Source of the DNA: Pyrolobus fumarii 1A | GTDB lineage: Archaea; Thermoproteota; Thermoprotei_A; Sulfolobales; Pyrodictiaceae | Reading direction: 5' to 3' | Assembly: GCF_000223395.1 (NCBI RefSeq) | Contig: NC_015931.1 | Span: forward strand, 420,001-452,000 | Length of the DNA: 32,000 nt | Shown: positions 25,781 to 32,000 of the stretch, piece by piece | Numbering within the stretch: the first letter of the stretch is position 1 | Layout of the letters: each line of letters opens with the position of its first letter | Notes under the pieces: generated by a model | The model's database searches: none | Told to the model about the DNA's origin: nothing | What the model saw: only the letters and a program-made list of their open reading frames with translations | Translations under genes and position numbers: made by a program

Positions 25781-26800
25781 TTGACACCGTGGAGGGATTG
25801 CGGGTGGAGGACCGGGCTGGGTACCTGCTTCTACAACCGGAGGGTTGAGACCGAGCGCCTTTCTAGTCTCCTGGATGGTTTCAGCCTCGTTGTTCTCGTG
25901 GGGCCGCGGAATGCTGGTAAGAGCGAGCTTGCAAGATATACGCTCCTCCGCGTGAAGCGCGTCAAGCCGATGATAGTTGATGCTAGGAGGGTGGTCGCGA
26001 GGGCCGGGCTGGGCGGGCGACTAGAGCCTCTCGGCGAGCGTGTGGTCGGCACAGTGGCGAGGTTTGTTGAGGAGAAGGCTGGGCTAGGTGCGCTACTCGA
26101 CCTGGTCTCCAGTGTCTATCGGGAACTTGCTCTCGACGAGTATGTCGTGATAGACGAGGTTCACCTGGTTGCGCGCGACACTCTCCGCGAGCTTGAGGCT
26201 CTCGCTAAGCTGCTCCGCTTCTACCCGGAGTATAAGAAGTGGAAGATGGTAGTCACTTGTAGCGAGGGCTTCCTGCTGGCGCAGGGTCTGGCCGATAGGC
26301 TGGACGGGTACGGCGCCCGTGTTCTCCTCCTCGAGCCTCTAGGCGAGGAGGATGCGCGTGCACTCTACGAGGAGTACGTGGAGAGGAGAGGGTGCAGGCT
26401 AGGCTGGAGCCTCTACTGGGGGCTTATCGGCGGACTACCCGGCTACCTCCCAGACTACTGCGCGATGAACCCGGACGAGCTCAGACGATGGGTGCACGAG
26501 AGGCTCTCTAGCCTCGTATCCGCGCTCCTGGAGGCCGCCAGGGAGGCCAGGGTAGACCCCGCAGAGGTACTCCGCGCCGCACACGAGCTGCTAGTGGAAG
26601 GGCAACAGGTGCTAACGCCGCTGCACCTGACCCTAAGCAGGGTACTCGTACACACAAACATAGCGTACCAAGCCGGGCTCCAGCTAAAACCACAGCTCAG
26701 GGTATACACCGTCGCACTAGCACTATGGGCGTCACGCGGCTACAACGAACCACCCAACCCCCAAGACGTGATCAAAGCAGCCAAAGAAGACACGGTGTGA
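25781..26800 (+). CDS. Archaeal AAA+ ATPase (Arch_ATPase-like)
   Basis: FYNRRVETERLSSLL is followed by Walker A VVLVGPRNAGKSELA. Walker B reads YVVIDEVHLV, and IGGLPGYL is comparable to TGGNPRYL in the paralogue. Confidence 0.75.
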   Translation: MTPWRDCGWRTGLGTCFYNRRVETERLSSLLDGFSLVVLVGPRNAGKSELARYTLLRVKRVKPMIVDARRVVARAGLGGRLEPLGERVVGTVARFVEEKAGLGALLDLVSSVYRELALDEYVVIDEVHLVARDTLRELEALAKLLRFYPEYKKWKMVVTCSEGFLLAQGLADRLDGYGARVLLLEPLGEEDARALYEEYVERRGCRLGWSLYWGLIGGLPGYLPDYCAMNPDELRRWVHERLSSLVSALLEAAREARVDPAEVLRAAHELLVEGQQVLTPLHLTLSRVLVHTNIAYQAGLQLKPQLRVYTVALALWASRGYNEPPNPQDVIKAAKEDTV

Positions 26801-26991
26801 CACCCTCACAACCCACTACACATGCTACATCCCCTGGACAACCACGCCGAGCCTAGCACCGCGCCAACGGCACTCCTATACCGTCTAGACGCTTACGCCC
26901 TCACCCGGCAACCCACACATCACAACGTTAGAGAACGGCACCGATAGAGTACCCTTCCCCAGGCTCTAGGCTCGCACAACGGGCGACTCTA

Positions 26992-27609
26992 CTACGCTCT
27001 CTGTTTACCTCCGAAGCACCTGGTGTATACCGGTTTGCGCCCCGCTTCTATCTCTTCGAGCAGCTGGTGTGCCTCCATCACTACCGTATCTGCTAGTCGG
27101 AGTATCCTCTCCCACCTTATCCTTTCAAGCGCGTCTAGAAACGCTTGTGTGTCCAATATGTTCTCCTCGCGGGCGAGAAGAAGGAGGCCCACAGTTCCGG
27201 TAACAGCTGTGTTCCTCTTAGGGAGCAGCTTCGCCGCCTTTGTCCTCGCTCTCTTATCGTCAAGTACTAGGCAGATGCGTGTGCGACCCCTCCTGGAATA
27301 GTATAGTGCAATTGCGATTGCGTGCTTCTCTCCCTCGCCTAAACCTACAGCTGACTGCTCCACCACCTCTAGGTACTCCAATTGAGCATCAACAATGTAT
27401 GCCGCATACTCGTTAGGGTTGCATTCGAAATTCGGATGTTGTATCTCTTTGTAAACGCTGCGCGGTATGACAATAGTATAACCCTTCTCTGTTAGCTTAT
27501 GCACCAGGTTAACCATGCCTAGTTTGCAGAGGGTAACTAGCGTGCTCGTATCCAGTATTATGATGCGGTTAGCCGCTCTACTCCTCGAATAGCTTATCGC
27601 TCGTGACAA
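26992..27609 (-). CDS. PIN-like protein of the COG2405/DUF3368 type
   Basis: It carries IIILDTSTLVTLCKLGMVNLV and LVLDDKRARTKAAKL...VTGTVGLLLLAREENIL, matching the remembered pattern D..aRr.A...GTlGvLl.Ak. Confidence 0.7.
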   Translation of the reverse strand: MSRAISYSRSRAANRIIILDTSTLVTLCKLGMVNLVHKLTEKGYTIVIPRSVYKEIQHPNFECNPNEYAAYIVDAQLEYLEVVEQSAVGLGEGEKHAIAIALYYSRRGRTRICLVLDDKRARTKAAKLLPKRNTAVTGTVGLLLLAREENILDTQAFLDALERIRWERILRLADTVVMEAHQLLEEIEAGRKPVYTRCFGGKQRA

Positions 27610-28219
27610 GGCCTCCTAGCTTCCTCCGCGCGATATCAACAAACTCTAAAACGTTCATGCCAGCCACCCTTGCGGCCAGAGTAACTGAGATTAAGCCGCG
27701 CTCGTATAGCTTGAGGGCTGTCTCTAGACGCAGACGTTTATCCAGGAGTATATGCTTCTTCTCCGACTCCTCATAGCCACCATACACGCTATATACGAAG
27801 GCTAGTAGCTCCCTATCGTCCAGCTCATTGAATATCTCGAGAGTCTCCCTTAGCAAGGATGCGAGGTTGCCCCGCTTTTCTACAGCTTGCCACGCCCTCT
27901 CCCCCTCGTTAATGTCACGCAGCCTCACACCCTCCCTGCTGCTCTCCGTTACACCCTTCTTCTCCAACATCTCCAGCTCGTGCTCCACATCCTCACTCCA
28001 CGCGCCAAAACGGTATGGTATGAACTCTACATCTTGTACAGCTCGCGGCGCGTGACTCGAGACTATGTAGAGGAGTTTCATGAGACGCAACCTTGAGAGT
28101 TTGCCACCAGCGGTGTACAACGCCGCAAGTATGAGGTCACGTAGCGTGACCCTCTCGCCAGATCCACGTGCAACACGGCGAAGAGCGTCTCTGCTCAGCC
28201 TTGCCACGCTACTCGCCAA
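27578..28219 (-). CDS. UPF0175-type antitoxin domain fused to an N-terminal Panacea/DUF4065-like domain
   Basis: The C-terminal ALKLYERGLISVTLAARVAGMNVLEFVDIARRK is UPF0175-like. The N-terminal LRLMKLLYIVSS...FIPYRFGAWSEDVEHELEML resembles the SocA/Panacea pattern (KLLY...W.yGP). It overlaps the PIN gene by 32 nt. Confidence 0.55.
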   Translation of the reverse strand: MASSVARLSRDALRRVARGSGERVTLRDLILAALYTAGGKLSRLRLMKLLYIVSSHAPRAVQDVEFIPYRFGAWSEDVEHELEMLEKKGVTESSREGVRLRDINEGERAWQAVEKRGNLASLLRETLEIFNELDDRELLAFVYSVYGGYEESEKKHILLDKRLRLETALKLYERGLISVTLAARVAGMNVLEFVDIARRKLGGLVTSDKLFEE

Positions 28220-28265
28220 GTACCATTAGGACTGCATTTACTTAAAAACGACTACCGTACGTACG

Positions 28266-28562
28266 GTGGGCCGTGATAGCTGGTTAATACTCCATAGGGT
28301 TACACAAGTCCAATCTGATCATATCTGTATAGTATTGGCGCAGGTGGTGATTAACAGGATGGAGTTTAGCGATATCCATGTTGGTTCTAGGTTGCTAAGG
28401 TCTCCCGGCGTCCTTGTCGATCACAGGGTGTATGAGAGGTTCTGCGTGGATCCGGGTGACAAAAGATATCGAGAAGTATTGCAACAAACTCCTTATCAAT
28501 ACATACTAGATTCGAAGTATATACGAGTCTGGCGTCGTTTACGAGCCTGGAGAAGGCTGTAA
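28266..28562 (+). CDS. Hypothetical protein, possibly the 5' part of a frameshifted gene
   Basis: The ORF ends in an unnatural W/R-rich tail (VWRRLRAWRRL). The frame of the next ORF is already open from 28460. Confidence 0.3.
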   Translation: MGRDSWLILHRVTQVQSDHICIVLAQVVINRMEFSDIHVGSRLLRSPGVLVDHRVYERFCVDPGDKRYREVLQQTPYQYILDSKYIRVWRRLRAWRRL

Positions 28563-28588
28563 AGCGACTTGAGAAGGTAGTTGAGCGG

Positions 28589-29059
28589 ATGGACGAAGGC
28601 TCTTTGCCCGAGAAGCCAGTAGTGTGGATCTTGCACTTTGATAGCTTGAATGATGTTAGTGCGAGTAGTGTAGCTAAGCTTGTAACTGATGTCCTAGCGT
28701 CATATGATAACATTGGTATCGCGCCTGGTTTCGGTGTAAAAGTGGCCCCCGAGGAAGGAGCAGAGATCGTAACGATGCTCCTCGAGAGTGACGCCTCGCA
28801 CAGAGTATTCATGCCTATGCCTATCGTGTTCTTTCGTGATAACGTAGCGAAGGAAAGGTATCTGAACTCTCTCACCGATATGCTCTCCAGCGACATCGAT
28901 GTGGCCGGTATGTGCTTTGACGCCGAGGGAGCTTACTTCGGCTCATCTCGCGTTACACGAATTGCAGCTGAGCTTCTAGGGATGCGCATCCAGGCCAATG
29001 GTGCAATGCCGCTAGTAGCTGTGAACATGAGAACGTCGAGAAAGGCTAGAATCGCGTGA
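28589..29059 (+). CDS. Hypothetical protein
   Basis: The composition is protein-like and the opposing 169-aa ORF is an S/T-rich shadow. No family was recognised. Confidence 0.45.
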   Translation: MDEGSLPEKPVVWILHFDSLNDVSASSVAKLVTDVLASYDNIGIAPGFGVKVAPEEGAEIVTMLLESDASHRVFMPMPIVFFRDNVAKERYLNSLTDMLSSDIDVAGMCFDAEGAYFGSSRVTRIAAELLGMRIQANGAMPLVAVNMRTSRKARIA

Positions 29060-29282
29060 ATAGCATTAGCACCCCTCTTCCGCATCGACGCTGTTGGGTT
29101 GAGTCACGCAAAGGCACCTTGGGCGAAGAGGCAACCACCCAATCCCACGGTCATAGATGTGGTTGTAACGCTTCATGTGTGATGCGCCGCGTCCGGTGCA
29201 CCCTGGGGTGGAGGAGGTACTAGCTGCAGCAGTGCCTAGAGGCTGCATGTCGGGCTAGTGGTGGCCCGAGAGGCGGGGTTAC

Positions 29283-29852
29283 ATGGTACTTTTCCCTGCG
29301 TGCCGCTATGTTACAAGGCGAGGGTCCTGTGGCATGATGGCGCTCACAGTGGATGATGGGAGTGTGGGGCGGCGTAGCGGTGTGAGGGAGGTGGAGCGTC
29401 ACCGTGGTAACTTGTTATGGGCGTTGGAGCTGGCTGAAAGGGAGTTGGGTACCACGCCGAGGCAGGCGTTCAACAAGGTGTTTCTAGCGTGGCGCGAGGC
29501 TATAGCCTATATAGCGGCGCGGTTGCTCGCCGATCTCCGTCTCTCCAAGGTTGTGCGGGACCAGCTCTCCCGCCTACCCACTCCAGCCTACGAGGATGGA
29601 GAGGTGAGGGTCACCACGAGCAACGCGGTGAAGACTCTGAAGACCCTGCTTAGGGTGTGTAGCGAGGCTGGTTGCGGGCGGCGCGTGGTCGAGGCTCTCA
29701 GGTTGCTGTGGGAGGTGCGAGACACCGCCTTTAAGCTCCACACGGCGTTTTACGAGGGGCCGGAGCACGCTGGCTTCGAGGATGAGATGGAGGCTGTAGA
29801 GGCGACAGGGAGGCTCCTGGAGAAGATCCGTCGCTTGGTGGAGACGCTCTAG
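29283..29852 (+). CDS. Divergent PaREP1-like protein
   Basis: It carries FNKVFLAWREAIAYIAARL and AFKLHTAFYEGPEHAGF, with a C-terminal helix EATGRLLEKIRRLV. The start is probably internal. Confidence 0.5.
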   Translation: MVLFPACRYVTRRGSCGMMALTVDDGSVGRRSGVREVERHRGNLLWALELAERELGTTPRQAFNKVFLAWREAIAYIAARLLADLRLSKVVRDQLSRLPTPAYEDGEVRVTTSNAVKTLKTLLRVCSEAGCGRRVVEALRLLWEVRDTAFKLHTAFYEGPEHAGFEDEMEAVEATGRLLEKIRRLVETL

Positions 29853-30165
29853 TGGCAGGCCAGGCCCGGGTTGGCCCGCCCCTCCAGCACCAAGTCTAGA
29901 AGATTCAACATGTTATAGTGTAAGGCAGGGATGGGAACGTCAGGCTTAACGCTCAACCCGATCATCATGGAGCTTTCCCGGCGCCGCCCTACACCACGCA
30001 ATAAGGCTGGAAAACATGATAGCCAAAACGCAACCGAATAGAGGCAGGGATAGCGACACAACTAGCCGGGGCATAGCAGTGGACTATAAGGTAACGCCCC
30101 GGCCGCCACCCTCTAGGTGCATAGGTTAATGTTGGGGTGCAAATGCACCACAAATATATACTTGT

Positions 30166-30926
30166 GTGTTGACTGCCCTTAACACGGTGTCAACTCCCTT
30201 GGAGGATCTTTGTAGGGTTATAGTCGAGGGTTCTAGGCGCTACCGGGCTAGTATGGAGGGGCTAGTCTGGGATCGTATACTCGAGGCTACACCCATACTA
30301 CAGTCGTATATACTTCGGGGCTCGGGTCCACGAGGTTACGATGATAACGCCGCCGCGAAGCTACTCTGGGCTAGCCTTGCAGTCTGGGGTAACGTGAGGA
30401 GCCTACACGCGTACCAGGAGGATCTCCGCGACTGTGCGCTTGGCCCATGGGTGAGCAGGTACGGTCGCGACCTCATAGCCGAGCTGCGTGGGGGTACCGT
30501 TCCGTCGTAGAGAGGCTTGCTGGGCTACCCGAGACGCTCCGACCAGGGGATATCGAGAGTGTCCAGGTAGACCTGGAGAAGCTCTACCAGGCGTTGCTCG
30601 GCGTGAGGTGTATAGGGACGACGGCAGCATCGAAGATAATAGCGTTGCTCACGCTCTTTCACATTCCCCCGGTAGACGGCGTGATAGCCGAGTGCGTGAT
30701 CGGGAAGAGGGAGCCTAGCAAGCCTAGCGAGTATGTTACCGTTGTAAAGAAGCTAGCCGAGATTCTGGCAGAGTGCATGGAGAGCAGAGAGTTCCTGGTG
30801 TATCTTGCAGAGAGGAGGGCGGAGGCGCGCAGCGTCATAGCGGCAAAGCCGTTCAAGATACTCGACGAGGGCCTCTGGTTCACACTGGTCTATGAGAAGA
30901 AGCGTGTAGGGGTGTGTAGAGAGTAG
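30166..30926 (+). pseudogene. Frameshifted gene for a helix-hairpin-helix (AGOG/OGG-fold-like?) protein
   Basis: Two ORFs (30166-30510 and 30447-30926) join into one reading through a single-base shift at the G5 run 30490-30494 (...IAELRG/GYRSVVERL...). LLGVRCIGTTAASKIIALL...IPPVDGVIAECV resembles an HhH motif plus the IPIPVDxRVA element I recall from archaeal GO-glycosylases. The family call is tentative. Confidence 0.4.
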
Positions 30927-31002
30927 TAAGGGGCATGCTGAGGCTCTTGCCTAACTCTGGGCCCTTGGTCGTCGCTAGGGGGCGCGCTGAGGGTGTGCTC
31001 GC

Positions 31003-31488
31003 CTAGAGTGTGATTGGTTTTGGTGGTGTTCTTGTCGTCTTGTCGCATAGGGTCTCCGCCCTGTTTATCCTCTGCTGCTCTTCGTGCGGGATTGGCGTGT
31101 ATATCGTCGTGTATCCTCTCCTAACCGAGTACATGGCTGCTATTATGGAGGCTAGTTTGCGGCCCCCGGTGACGTCTATTATGGCGTGTTTGGCGCCTCT
31201 CGTTGCCTCCTCTAGCTTCTCGAGGAGCTCGTTTATGCCCTCCTCGTCCGTGACGTCGTCAACCCTCAGCGCGTGCACGTGTATCGTGGTGCTTGGCGCT
31301 AGTGGTGGTTTGTCCGTGCCGGGGCATGGGCAGGTCCTGGCTATCTCTATCGCCTCGTGTACTGGTGCCCGCCTAGTCGCCACGATGTGAACCTCTGTGG
31401 GTGTAGCTGCGTTGGCACGTAGCGCGCAGAGCACCGTGTGGAGGACTCCCGGAGACATCCCGAGTAGCACGACGAGCCTTGTGCCCAC
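31003..31488 (-). CDS. Minimal stand-alone CARF-domain protein (Cas_NE0113-like)
   Basis: The N-terminus reads LVVLLGMSPGVLHTVLCAL and IIDVTGGRKLASIIAAMYS follows. Both are signatures of the NE0113-type CARF Rossmann fold. At 161 aa there is no room for an effector domain. Confidence 0.6.
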   Translation of the reverse strand: MGTRLVVLLGMSPGVLHTVLCALRANAATPTEVHIVATRRAPVHEAIEIARTCPCPGTDKPPLAPSTTIHVHALRVDDVTDEEGINELLEKLEEATRGAKHAIIDVTGGRKLASIIAAMYSVRRGYTTIYTPIPHEEQQRINRAETLCDKTTRTPPKPITL

Positions 31489-31614
31489 GGCGCCGCGCCC
31501 CCGTGGTAGCCTTTAGCGCGTCTCGCGCTTGTTGTGCCCTCTGCCGTGGCGTAGTCGCGCTCTAGATTAGTGTGGGTGTCTTTCCCCTCCTGCTCGAGGC
31601 GGGGCTCTGGCTGC

Positions 31615-32000
31615 ATGGAGGGTCATGAGCCTCTCCTGCCTCTCTATGCTGGTGTTGGCGTCGCGGCTGTGAGGGTGTTCGGGTGGAGTGTTGGGGCGGA
31701 TGGCGTCCCGGTCTCTTGGGACCCGTTGGAGTGGATGGCTTGGCTCCGTTGGCCCCGCGAGGCTGTGGAGGCGTTCTCGACGCTCTATGGCCGCGTGTCA
31801 AGCGGGTGCGAGCGTGTCTCCCTGGTCTACCTGGACGCGGGGTCTCGCTCGTCGCCAGAGGCCCGCCGGAGCGTCTTCGCCGTGAAGCTCGCGGTGGTGC
31901 ACCGGGTGTCGGTGGGTGGCGTTGTTGAGGAGCGTGTTGTGCACCCGTTGTTGAGGGGTGAGGGTGGGGCGGGGCTCCCTCTGCTCGTGGGCCGCGGGGG
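31615..32000 (+). CDS. Open reading frame running off the right edge, unknown product
   Basis: My translation from the ATG at 31615 (alternative GTGs at 31570 and 31576) has no stop through nt 32000: MEGHEPLLPLYAGVGVAAVRVFGWSV...VVHPLLRGEGGAGLPLLVGRG. It is absent from the ORF track because it lacks a stop. It is divergent from the CARF gene. Confidence 0.4.
   Translation, partial: MEGHEPLLPLYAGVGVAAVRVFGWSVGADGVPVSWDPLEWMAWLRWPREAVEAFSTLYGRVSSGCERVSLVYLDAGSRSSPEARRSVFAVKLAVVHRVSVGGVVEERVVHPLLRGEGGAGLPLLVGRG

Noticed and set aside
28387-28896. A 169-aa minus-strand ORF overlapping 28589-29059.
   Set aside because: Its S/T-rich, low-complexity translation contrasts with the opposing + strand ORF, which has balanced, protein-like composition.

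Overview
This window is a CRISPR and defence island. Composition and gene content point to a hyperthermophilic crenarchaeon (Thermoprotei-like): repeats ending in ATTGAAAG, PaREP1 genes, DUF104-PIN pairs and Arch_ATPase genes. This attribution is an inference, since no search was possible.

Two CRISPR arrays are transcribed away from each other. Array 1 (5698-10417, minus sense) has 70 repeat units. Array 2 (17565-18822, plus sense) has 19 units. They have homologous, inverted leaders of about 260 nt, and their 25-nt repeats differ at one position.

The 7 kb between the leaders has no adaptation or interference genes. It holds two diverged full-length cas6 paralogues, a truncated cas6 relic fused to leader 2, two tandem HEPN-MNT pairs, an Arch_ATPase and a PaREP1 gene.

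The left edge carries the 3' end of a cmr3-like type III gene. It is followed by vapBC, a decayed ATPase gene, mntA-hepT, a small membrane protein and a third HEPN-MNT pair.

Right of array 2 lie:
- a five-gene ABC-transporter/exported-protein operon with a sharp internal GC break
- a 574-aa CARF protein with a PIN-like C-terminal domain, a candidate cOA-gated effector
- two more vapBC-type loci, one of them frameshifted
- a second Arch_ATPase
- a COG2405-type PIN gene with a UPF0175-fusion partner
- several frameshifted or unknown genes
- a minimal 161-aa CARF protein
- an open reading frame running off the right edge

All family assignments come from motifs read by eye and need profile searches.
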